DNA from: Candidatus Udaeobacter sp.
GTDB lineage: Bacteria > Verrucomicrobiota > Verrucomicrobiia > Chthoniobacterales > UBA10450
DNA: 64,000 nucleotides
Direction: 5' to 3'
NCBI GenBank assembly: GCA_036278715.1
Contig: DASUKN010000105.1
Coordinates: forward strand, 6,042-70,041
The notes beneath the pieces were generated by a model that worked only from the letters and a program-made list of their open reading frames with translations, was not told the DNA's origin and searched no databases. Shown piece after piece: positions 45,969 through 54,132 of the stretch (position 1 is its first letter; the number at the start of each line of letters is the position of its first letter). The position numbers were made by a program, and so were the translations under genes.

Positions 45969-46789
45969 GCCACCATTTCCTTGAACACGGCCGCGATCTT
46001 ATTTTGCGGCAAAGTGGTGATGCCTTTGCGCGACACAATCTTGATTATGGGATAAATTTTTCCGCTCCGATCCACGCCTGCTGTCGCTGTATCTGATTCA
46101 GCAGCAGTATCGAGGGCGCGCAGCGCGAGGGACACTGCTTCGTCTTCACTCAGGTTGTGCAGCGGCTTCCCGCCCCATGTGTTTTCATAATAAAGAATGC
46201 CGCGGACCGCAGGGGAACCGGATCCAGTTGCCGCGTAATCGGTGGCTTCAAATTGCGCGCCCATCGCGTCGTAAAAGTAGAGACGCGCTTCGGGCTTCGA
46301 ATTTCCGTCATAAGTCGCAAAGATCGGGACTACGACACCGATGCCTTGCATGACGAACCCGAAATTGTCGCGCAACAACTTCGAGAGCGCCCGCACTTTG
46401 CCGTCGACGCTCATTTCCTGCAGCTGAGTTCGCCGAAAAAATTGCAGTGAATGCTCAAGCACGCGTGCCATCTCCCACGCGGTGGCAGGCACACCGGCGA
46501 TGGCCATTATCGAATTGCTATCAATCTCCAGAACTTTGTCCGCGCGATCATAGACAACGGTGTTACCCGCAGTCGCACGGCGATCTCCTGCAACCAGAAC
46601 GCCGCCGGAAAATTTGAAGGCAAGAATCGTCGTCGCCTGGGTCGGTTGCCACATCTGTTGTTGCGCCGGGTTTTGCACCATCGGACCCGGGGCAGCCGGG
46701 CCAAGCAGCCCTTTGCGCCGCAGCAGCGAAGGAAAGTCATCCGCTGCACCAGAGAAATTCTGGTCAAATCCCAACTCCGAATGGTCCAT
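45965..46789 (-). CDS. prcB: 20S proteasome beta subunit (PrcB) with ~53-aa propeptide
   Basis: Start moved to ATG 46789. Predicted processing before the catalytic Thr in QA|TTILAFKFSGGVLVAGDRRATAGN. The start overlaps the UBact stop (TAATG). Confidence 0.85.
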   Translation of the reverse strand: MDHSELGFDQNFSGAADDFPSLLRRKGLLGPAAPGPMVQNPAQQQMWQPTQATTILAFKFSGGVLVAGDRRATAGNTVVYDRADKVLEIDSNSIMAIAGVPATAWEMARVLEHSLQFFRRTQLQEMSVDGKVRALSKLLRDNFGFVMQGIGVVVPIFATYDGNSKPEARLYFYDAMGAQFEATDYAATGSGSPAVRGILYYENTWGGKPLHNLSEDEAVSLALRALDTAAESDTATAGVDRSGKIYPIIKIVSRKGITTLPQNKIAAVFKEMVA

Positions 46790-46965
46790 TACTGACCCGT
46801 GCGCTGGCGATAGCGCTTGGATTGGTTGGGATCCACCTTGCGCATTTTCTTTAACAAATCCTTCGTGTCCGGTCGCGAAACATCGGGCGAACGCGGGCCA
46901 CCGCTGTCGCCTTGTTTTGGTCCCCACGGAGCCGGTTCTACCGGCTTTTGAATGCGCTCAGGCAT
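46789..46965 (-). CDS. UBact, the Pup-like prokaryotic ubiquitin-like modifier of Gram-negative phyla
   Basis: 58 aa from ATG 46965: MPERIQKPVEPAPWGPKQGDSGGPRSPDVSRPDTKDLLKKMRKVDPNQSKRYRQRTGQ. Disordered N-terminus, conserved LLKKMRKVDP..KRYRQRTGQ C-terminus ending in Gln. Sits directly upstream of prcB-prcA, like pup. Confidence 0.75.
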   Translation of the reverse strand: MPERIQKPVEPAPWGPKQGDSGGPRSPDVSRPDTKDLLKKMRKVDPNQSKRYRQRTGQ

Positions 46966-47124
46966 GAAAAAACGTACGAGCAAAAGTTCGAAACGCAAGG
47001 GGCGCAGCGTCAATAGGCTTCTTAAATGGCTACAGTGCATTCGTTAACAGTTTGAAAAAACAATCGCTCGAACTGTCGAACCCGCTTGTCAGACAAATGC
47101 GCCGATGGCAACATTTCCGCAGCG

Positions 47125-47592
47125 ATGAAGGCAGCCGGCATTTTGTGCGCGATGAGCTCTTTCGCGCTTTGCATTGCGCTCGCGGAAACCCCCGCGTCGC
47201 CTGAGAAAAAAGGGACTGAACCCACGCAGCTCGAAGCGTTGGCAAAAAAGATTGACGAACAGAACGCCAAAATCGATGCGCTTTCTCAGGAGATTCTGAA
47301 ACTGGAACAACAACTCTCGCATTCCCGGCCCGGTGTGATGATAGGAGAAGCTTCGCCTGCGCCCGCAACCGGGACAGCTCCTGCTGCACCTGTACCGCAT
47401 TCCGCTGCGGGAGGTAACACACATACGGTTGCACGCGGTGAAACTCTCACTTCCATCGCAAAGATGTACAAAGTGACCGTGGACGATCTGCAGAAAGCCA
47501 ACAACATTGAAGACGGCCGTAAATTGCAGGCCGGCCAAACGATCACGATCCCGACGACATCACCTGCCGCGTCCGCCTCGCCGTCGCCCTGA
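47125..47592 (+). CDS. Secreted LysM domain protein with coiled-coil region
   Basis: Start moved to ATG 47125 (signal peptide). C-terminal LysM domain: HTVARGETLTSIAKMYKVTVDDLQKANNIEDGRKLQAGQTITIP. Confidence 0.75.
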   Translation: MKAAGILCAMSSFALCIALAETPASPEKKGTEPTQLEALAKKIDEQNAKIDALSQEILKLEQQLSHSRPGVMIGEASPAPATGTAPAAPVPHSAAGGNTHTVARGETLTSIAKMYKVTVDDLQKANNIEDGRKLQAGQTITIPTTSPAASASPSP

Positions 47593-47609
47593 TCGACAAG
47601 AAAATTCCG

Positions 47610-48158
47610 GTGAACCAAAAGTGGTTTCTTCGCAAACACGAGGACGGTAGCACGTTCGGGCCGGTGCAGTTCGAGCAGATCACGCGTTGGGCTGCTGCGG
47701 CGCAGGTCGCGCCGCATGATACTCTTTCCAGTGATGGACAGACTTGGACCAAAGCGCCGATGCTTCCTCAGCTCGGCATGGACTGGCTGGTTGAACTAAC
47801 GAGCGAGCATTATTACGGACCGACCACCCTGGGTGCATTGCGGGAGTTTATTCGGCTCGGCGAAATCGACGGCGAAGCAGTCGTGATTAACACTTGCGAT
47901 GGTATTCGCAGACAGATCCGCGAAATGCCCGACCTGTGGGAGACCGCCCAGTCCGGAGCCGATGAAAATCAATTCCAAATTCAACTCGACGATCCCGTCG
48001 GACCAGGTGTTGCGAAGATGTCTGTCCGTCTTCAGGAACGAATTCGCGATCTTGAACAGACGCTGCAGGAAGAACGCCGCGCCCTCGCCGACAGTCAGAA
48101 GCGCTATGACGATCTCGAACGAAAATACCAGGATCTCTTACTGCGCGACCTGTCGTAA
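47610..48158 (+). CDS. GYF_2 (DUF4339)-like domain protein with C-terminal coiled coil
   Basis: GTG start. Two W...G..GP....L......G.I modules (WFLRKHEDGSTFGPVQFEQI; YYGPTTLGALREFIRLGEI), then a heptad-rich tail. Confidence 0.45.
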   Translation: MNQKWFLRKHEDGSTFGPVQFEQITRWAAAAQVAPHDTLSSDGQTWTKAPMLPQLGMDWLVELTSEHYYGPTTLGALREFIRLGEIDGEAVVINTCDGIRRQIREMPDLWETAQSGADENQFQIQLDDPVGPGVAKMSVRLQERIRDLEQTLQEERRALADSQKRYDDLERKYQDLLLRDLS

Positions 48159-48192
48159 GTCAGGCATCGAATCGCCGGCGTTTCCGTAACAT

Positions 48193-50085
48193 TTAAACCG
48201 GCAATCGCTCTTCTTCTTGTTCCGGTACTTCTGATGCGAGAATTCCCTGCTGCGGTTCTGGTTCCCGCTGGGGCGACGACTCCAAAAAGCTCTGCCGGCA
48301 CAGCTGCGCGTATTTTTGATCCAGCGCGAGCAATTCATCGTGTGAGCCGCGCTCGATGACTCGGCCGTGATCGAGCACGAGAATTTGGTCCGCGTGCACG
48401 ATCGTGGAAAGCCGGTGCGCAATTACAATGGACGTTCGATTCGCCATCAGATGTTCCAGCGCCTCCTGGATCAACCTTTCCGTCGCCGTATCCACACTCG
48501 CAGTTGCCTCATCAAGAATCAAAATCGGTGGATCTTTGAGCAGCGCGCGTGCAATCGAAAGCCGCTGCTTCTCGCCCACACTCAATTTAACACCGCGCTC
48601 ACCGACAACGCTCTCCACGCCCTGCGGCAAACGTTCGATGAACTGCCGGGCGTTCGCCGCGTCGATCGCGCGCCACAATTCGGCGTCGGCCGCGCCTGGC
48701 TTCCCCATCAACAGATTTTCACGAATGGATCCGTTGAACAGAAAGCTTTCCTGCGTCACCACCCCAATCGCTTCGCGCAACGTGGGCAGGTCGTATTCGC
48801 GAATCGGCTTGTCATCGACGTAAATCTGGCCGGAATCGTATTCGTAAAAGCGGACCAGTAAATTCACCAGCGTCGATTTCCCCGCGCCAGTCGCGCCGAC
48901 CAGCGCAGTTGTCGTGCCCGGCGGCGCGTGAAACGAAACGTGCTTTAGCGCGGGTAATCCTTCGGCATAACTGAAGCCCACGTTTTCGTACCGAATGTCG
49001 CCGATGATTCGCTCTTTTGGACTGCGCAAACGTGTCTGCGCTTGTGAAGCGGCGACACGTAGCGGCGCTTGAAAACCTGGTTCGACGTTTTCGTCGAGGA
49101 TCTCGAACACGCGCTCGCCCGCTGCGCGCCCGGCCTGGACCAATTGATTTAGCTGATGCAGCCGGCTGATCGGATCATAAAGAAATGCCGTGAGCATCAG
49201 GATCGCGACGAGGTCGCCGATCTGTAACGTCCCATTCAAAACGGCATGACTGCCGAATCCCAGCACGAGCAACGCGCCGATCGCTTCGAACATCGACATC
49301 GAGGGCGAGTAAATCGCCCACGTCCGCATCACCACCAGCGTGGCGTGCCGCAATTGATCGCTGGCGCCATTGAAACGCGAGTGTTCCTCGCGTTCGCGGG
49401 CGAAACTCTTGATCTGCCGAATCCCGGCAAGATTGTCGTGCAACAAGGCGTTGATGTTTGAGGCAGCGCGCCGCTGTAATCGATAACGGCGGTGCGCGGT
49501 TAACGTGTAACCGAGCGCGCCCGCAATCAGGAGCGGCAAAGGCACCAGCGCGAGCAATGCGAGCATCGGGTTCAGATAAAACATCACCGCCATCACAATG
49601 ATGATCTGTAAAACCGCGACGACGCCTTGCTCGATTCCATCGATCAGCACCCGCTCCACCGAGTTGACGTCTTCAATCACGCGCGTCATCAGGTCGCCCG
49701 TGGCCCGGTTATCAAACCAGCGCAGCGGCAGCAATTGAATGTGTGAATACAAATCGCTGCGCAGATCGAAAATCACTTTCTGCTCGAACGTGTTATTCAG
49801 GATGATCCGGAGCGCGTTAAAAAGGTGCTGAACAACAAAAGCCGCGGTGGCGAGCAAAAGAAGCGGTAGCAATTTGTCCGGCCGGTTGGCATACACCACA
49901 TCGTCGATGATCCATTTGGTTACGCCTGGAAAGACGATCACCATCAGCGTGCCCAGGATCGCGCACGCGAGCGTCCCGGCAGCCAAACCGGGATAGCGCT
50001 TTAGATAAGCGAATACGCGCCAAACCGTTTCCATTTGCAACAATTTTACTCGAAGCCCGCGAATCACGCGAATCGCTTCGGCCAT
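48193..50085 (-). CDS. ABC transporter permease/ATP-binding fusion protein (MsbA/lipid exporter-like)
   Basis: Six-TM domain, Walker A GATGAGKST, signature LSVGEKQR, Walker B ILILDEATS. The start may be the downstream METVWRVF (50034). Confidence 0.85.
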   Translation of the reverse strand: MAEAIRVIRGLRVKLLQMETVWRVFAYLKRYPGLAAGTLACAILGTLMVIVFPGVTKWIIDDVVYANRPDKLLPLLLLATAAFVVQHLFNALRIILNNTFEQKVIFDLRSDLYSHIQLLPLRWFDNRATGDLMTRVIEDVNSVERVLIDGIEQGVVAVLQIIIVMAVMFYLNPMLALLALVPLPLLIAGALGYTLTAHRRYRLQRRAASNINALLHDNLAGIRQIKSFAREREEHSRFNGASDQLRHATLVVMRTWAIYSPSMSMFEAIGALLVLGFGSHAVLNGTLQIGDLVAILMLTAFLYDPISRLHQLNQLVQAGRAAGERVFEILDENVEPGFQAPLRVAASQAQTRLRSPKERIIGDIRYENVGFSYAEGLPALKHVSFHAPPGTTTALVGATGAGKSTLVNLLVRFYEYDSGQIYVDDKPIREYDLPTLREAIGVVTQESFLFNGSIRENLLMGKPGAADAELWRAIDAANARQFIERLPQGVESVVGERGVKLSVGEKQRLSIARALLKDPPILILDEATASVDTATERLIQEALEHLMANRTSIVIAHRLSTIVHADQILVLDHGRVIERGSHDELLALDQKYAQLCRQSFLESSPQREPEPQQGILASEVPEQEEERLPV

Positions 50086-50137
50086 TCACCCTGTTACGCG
50101 CGATTGGCGAATCCGGTTTCGTGGTTAAGGTTCGGGC

Positions 50138-50518
50138 GTGGCCAATGATTCGCATTCGTCCCCCGACCAAGTCCACATCGAACAGCTCGAAGTTTTCACG
50201 GTTATTGGCGTGTTAGAGCACGAGCGCAAAGGTTTACAACGGTTGACCATTTCTATCTCTTTTACGCCGTACCAAAAGGCGCAGGATTTGGCCGATGACA
50301 TCGATAAGGCCGTCAACTATTCGGCCATCGCCGAGGAGACGCAACGTTTCGCGCGTGAACAATCTGTAAACCTTATCGAAACATTAGCGGACCGTCTGGC
50401 TGCGCATTTACTCAGGACCTTTTCGATTCAAAATGTGACTGTCGAAATCCGGAAGTTCGCTTTGCAGGATGCAAAATACGTTTCTGTCAAGGCGACGCGA
50501 ACTGCACGAATCGGCTGA
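50138..50518 (+). CDS. folB: Dihydroneopterin aldolase
   Basis: 126 aa. IEQLEVFTVIGVLEHERKGLQRLTISI...VNYSAIAEE...LIETLADRLA is the FolB pattern. Confidence 0.8.
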   Translation: MANDSHSSPDQVHIEQLEVFTVIGVLEHERKGLQRLTISISFTPYQKAQDLADDIDKAVNYSAIAEETQRFAREQSVNLIETLADRLAAHLLRTFSIQNVTVEIRKFALQDAKYVSVKATRTARIG

Positions 50519-50796
50519 TCCAGAGCAGCGACTCTAGTGCCCGGTTTACGCGGCGAGTTTCTGGGCGACGGACAAAGCTGATGTGATTCCGGCGAGGGCA
50601 CGCGCCCTCGCGTGCTGGCGACGCCGCCTCGCCATCGTGAACTTTCTTTCGATGCTCGGCCTCGGTTGCTCGCCGTCGGAGGTTTGACGCGAGGGCGCGG
50701 CAAACAGCGCGCGAGGGCGGGTGGGCTCCCCGGAGTCGAAGCGAACCTTTTGGCAGGACGTTTGCCGCTGAAGAAAGCGACCGCTACAATTGCCGG

Positions 50797-51390
50797 ATGA
50801 ACGGCGGTCATTGGGAGACGATTTCAAGCGAGCAGCAGTTTGCTGATCGCAACCTCGAAGTTGTGATCGATCGTGTGCAAACACCAGGCCGTCCGGATCC
50901 CAGGTCCTGGACAATTGTGCATCGCAAACCGGCGGTCGTAATCGCGGCAATGACACGCGACGGGAAAATCATCCTTATTCGCCAGGAAAGGATTCCGATC
51001 GAACAAGCGATTTGGGAAATGGCATCGGGGCAGATCGACAATCACGATACCGACCCGGAGAACATCAAAAATGTGGCCCTGCGAGAGCTCAGAGAAGAAA
51101 CCGGCTACGAATTGGCAGCACGCGGCGAGCTTGTTTCGTTAGGCTATTTTTTTTCGTCACCGGGATTTACGGATGAGCGCGGGTATTTCTTTTTGGCCCG
51201 TCCGGTTCAACCATGCGCAGACGGCCCGGACCGGGAGGAAGGCGAATCGATTCTTGATTGCCGAGCATTCACCAGCGAAGAGATTCGCCGCATGATTGCG
51301 GAGAATGAAATTCGGGACGCCAATACACTTGGTATTTGCGCCAGGCTCGCCTCTCGCGGTCTTCTATCCATCGCGCCGCATCATGAGTAA
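50797..51390 (+). CDS. NUDIX hydrolase (ADP-ribose pyrophosphatase-like)
   Basis: Nudix box GQIDNHDTDPENIKNVALRELREETGYEL. Confidence 0.8.
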   Translation: MNGGHWETISSEQQFADRNLEVVIDRVQTPGRPDPRSWTIVHRKPAVVIAAMTRDGKIILIRQERIPIEQAIWEMASGQIDNHDTDPENIKNVALRELREETGYELAARGELVSLGYFFSSPGFTDERGYFFLARPVQPCADGPDREEGESILDCRAFTSEEIRRMIAENEIRDANTLGICARLASRGLLSIAPHHE

Positions 51391-51580
51391 CCGGTGTGCC
51401 GTTCTCATTGACACGCAGCTTCACCCGGGTGCGAAAACCAGAGCGGCCGGCAAGGCAGTTCAACCACTTCAAGCTGAGTCCAAAACCATTGAAATAGTTC
51501 GTGTTTCTTTCAGTTGGCTTCACCCGTCGAAAACCGGGTGTTAATGAAAAACGCCTGGACGTTTGGACGAAAGTAATTCG

Positions 51581-52363
51581 ATGGCGCTGCGAGACATCTT
51601 CAAATTCCGTGATCCCCCGGAGACTGAAACGTCAAAGCCGTTTCTAGAGCATCTGGAAGATCTCCGGTGGACTATTGTGAAGATGGCTCTCGCTCTTGGT
51701 ATAGCGATGATCATCTGTTTCGCGTTTCGCGGCACGCTGGTGCGGATTATCCAGGCGCCGCTCAACCATCTGGGGTCACAAGTCGGAACGCTCAAGGCGC
51801 TCGGGATCACTGATTCAATCGTGATTTCATTTCATCTGGCGTTTTACGCCGGCATCATTTTGTCTTTCCCGCTGCTTCTGTATTTCCTGGCAGAATTCGT
51901 TTTGCCGGCGCTCACCGCAGTAGAGAAACGTTTTCTATTTCCAGCAATCGCCGTAAGCTTCGCGCTCTTTCTTTTCGGCGTCCTCGTCTGTTATTTCTGG
52001 TTGCTGCCGAAAACGATTCTTTTCTTTTTCCGAGACACCGAATCGCTTGGCTGGGCGCCGACTTGGACGGTACAACAGTACTACTCGTTCGTGACGCGAT
52101 TCACCATCGGCTTTGGTCTGGCGTTCGAATTGCCTGTGGTGGTACTTGCGTTGGTCCGATTCGGTCTGGTCACATACCGGTTTATGGCGCGAACGCGCCC
52201 GTATGCGATTGTGCTTATCTTTGTGCTGGCAACAGTGATCACGCCGACGCCAGATATTTTGACTTTGATCGCCATGGCACTGCCGATGTGCTTGTTATAC
52301 GAAAGTTGCATCTGGATCGCATGGTTGATGGAGCGCCGCGCATCGAAACGGATCGCCAGTTAA
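51581..52363 (+). CDS. tatC: Twin-arginine translocase subunit TatC
   Basis: Start moved to ATG 51581. FLEHLEDLRWTIVK (HL.ELR motif), six TM segments. Confidence 0.85.
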   Translation: MALRDIFKFRDPPETETSKPFLEHLEDLRWTIVKMALALGIAMIICFAFRGTLVRIIQAPLNHLGSQVGTLKALGITDSIVISFHLAFYAGIILSFPLLLYFLAEFVLPALTAVEKRFLFPAIAVSFALFLFGVLVCYFWLLPKTILFFFRDTESLGWAPTWTVQQYYSFVTRFTIGFGLAFELPVVVLALVRFGLVTYRFMARTRPYAIVLIFVLATVITPTPDILTLIAMALPMCLLYESCIWIAWLMERRASKRIAS

Positions 52364-52367
52364 CCAC

Positions 52368-53465
52368 GTGCAGCATTCGCCCCAGAATCTCGTTCTTAGC
52401 GTATTTGCGTTCGTGCTGGGCGCAGCGGTGGGCTCGTTTCTGAACGTTTGCATCTACCGTTGGCCGGTTGATCTCTCCATTAGCCGCCCACGCCGCTCGT
52501 TTTGTCCGCAGTGCAAACAACCGATTCCATGGCATCACAATCTTCCGCTGCTCAGCTGGCTCGCGCTCCGAGGCCGATGCGCGAACTGCAGCGCAAAAAT
52601 TCCGTTTCGCTATTTCGCTGTCGAACTCGTTACCGCACTTTTGTTCCTAGCGATCTGGGAACGGTTCCCGTGGCAGGTGGCGATTGCGTACTGGATCTTC
52701 GTGTCATTGTTGATCATCGGAACGTTCATCGATTTTGAGCATTTCATTATTCCGGACCGTGTAACCATCGGCGGAACAATCGCGGGCATAGGTTGCAGCA
52801 TCGTTGTTCCCGCCTTGATGCAGACAAATTCGCGCCTTGCAGCCGGTGTTCGCGCCGCGCTGGCCGCGGCGCTTGGTTACGTCATCCTCTGGATCGTGCT
52901 GGAAGCAGGAAAAATTGCTTTCGGCAGGAAACGTATTGAATTCGAAACGCCCACCCCATTCACCTGGGCAAAACGCGACGACGATGATGCTCATTTCACT
53001 GTAGGCACTGAAGAAAGTCTCTGGAGCGAATACTTCGCGCGAGAAAAAGATCGCCTGCTTCTCAAATGCGACCAGGTGAGGATTGATGATCGCGAGTATG
53101 GCAGCCTGACACTGGCTTTCCACTACGATCGGGTGAACGCCGACGGCAACGTGCTGATGCTCGATGATCTCACCCATATTTCTGGCGTCACGCGCGAGCT
53201 GGTCATTCCCCGCGAGGCGATGGGACGGGGCGACTTGAAATTTCTGGCGGCCATCGGCGCATTTCTTGGGTGGCGCGCAGTTTTGTTCAGCCTTTTCGCC
53301 GGATCGCTGCTCGGTTCGGTGATCGGATTAGTGACGCTCGTCGCCGGAAAACCTGTTTGGTCAGCCAAGCTCCCCTTTGGACCATATTTGGCATTTGGCG
53401 CATTGAGCTGGATGTTTTTCGGCGAAACAGTTCTGCACTGGTACGGAATGCTGCTCAGCCCCTAA
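52368..53465 (+). CDS. pilD: Prepilin peptidase (A24 family, PilD-like) with ~95-aa insertion between the catalytic Asp motifs
   Basis: GTG start. N-terminal Cys pairs CPQC...CANC, first Asp block IDFEHFIIPD, second block GRGDLKFLAAIGAFLGW. Confidence 0.8.
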   Translation: MQHSPQNLVLSVFAFVLGAAVGSFLNVCIYRWPVDLSISRPRRSFCPQCKQPIPWHHNLPLLSWLALRGRCANCSAKIPFRYFAVELVTALLFLAIWERFPWQVAIAYWIFVSLLIIGTFIDFEHFIIPDRVTIGGTIAGIGCSIVVPALMQTNSRLAAGVRAALAAALGYVILWIVLEAGKIAFGRKRIEFETPTPFTWAKRDDDDAHFTVGTEESLWSEYFAREKDRLLLKCDQVRIDDREYGSLTLAFHYDRVNADGNVLMLDDLTHISGVTRELVIPREAMGRGDLKFLAAIGAFLGWRAVLFSLFAGSLLGSVIGLVTLVAGKPVWSAKLPFGPYLAFGALSWMFFGETVLHWYGMLLSP

Positions 53466-53618
53466 TAGAATCGTGATCGGCCGGCCTGCATGACATGAGC
53501 TGGCGCTCTTGAGATTGACGACTTCGAATCTCCGGTAAGTACTTTCTACAAATGGATTTTCCTTCGGGACCCATGGACAGGCTTCTACAATTACGGACGC
53601 AGCACCCGCAAACACGGC

Positions 53619-53927
53619 ATGCATCTCGTTCTGACTTTCGCTGATTACGAAGTTTCAGGCGACGGAAACGATGATATCGGCAATTTCGTTGTGATTGGGC
53701 GATTCGACCGCACGAATGGTGAGTGCAACTGGATCAAGACATACATCCGTGGACACGACGTTTGCTACCGCGGCTTCCGCGAGGGCAAAGGGATCTGGGG
53801 AGTATGGGAGCTGCCGGGTGACTCAGGAGGTTTTCATATCTGGCCGCTCGGGCAAGAAGAAGGCGAACAGGATCAAGAGAGCGCAGAAGAACCGCTGCCG
53901 GTTGGAGCAGTTGCGACTGAGACATAA
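53619..53927 (+). CDS. Hypothetical protein, possibly 5'-truncated
   Basis: 102-aa ORF. The frame is open and protein-like for 45 codons upstream of the ATG with no start codon. Confidence 0.35.
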   Translation: MHLVLTFADYEVSGDGNDDIGNFVVIGRFDRTNGECNWIKTYIRGHDVCYRGFREGKGIWGVWELPGDSGGFHIWPLGQEEGEQDQESAEEPLPVGAVATET

Positions 53928-54132
53928 CTTGGGTTCGCAGTTAGTCCGACCGCTGCCTAACGGCAACATCCCAACGGCTGAGAACGGTAGCGTCGGCCGA
54001 ATCGCATCCCCGACCGCTTTCTGGCACCGATCACCGGTCGGTTCCGTAGTAGAAGAAGAGACATGAGGTTTTGAAAGTTTATGAATCCAAACCGACGGAG
54101 AATTTCGTTACGCAACTGGTGAGCCAGGCGGG

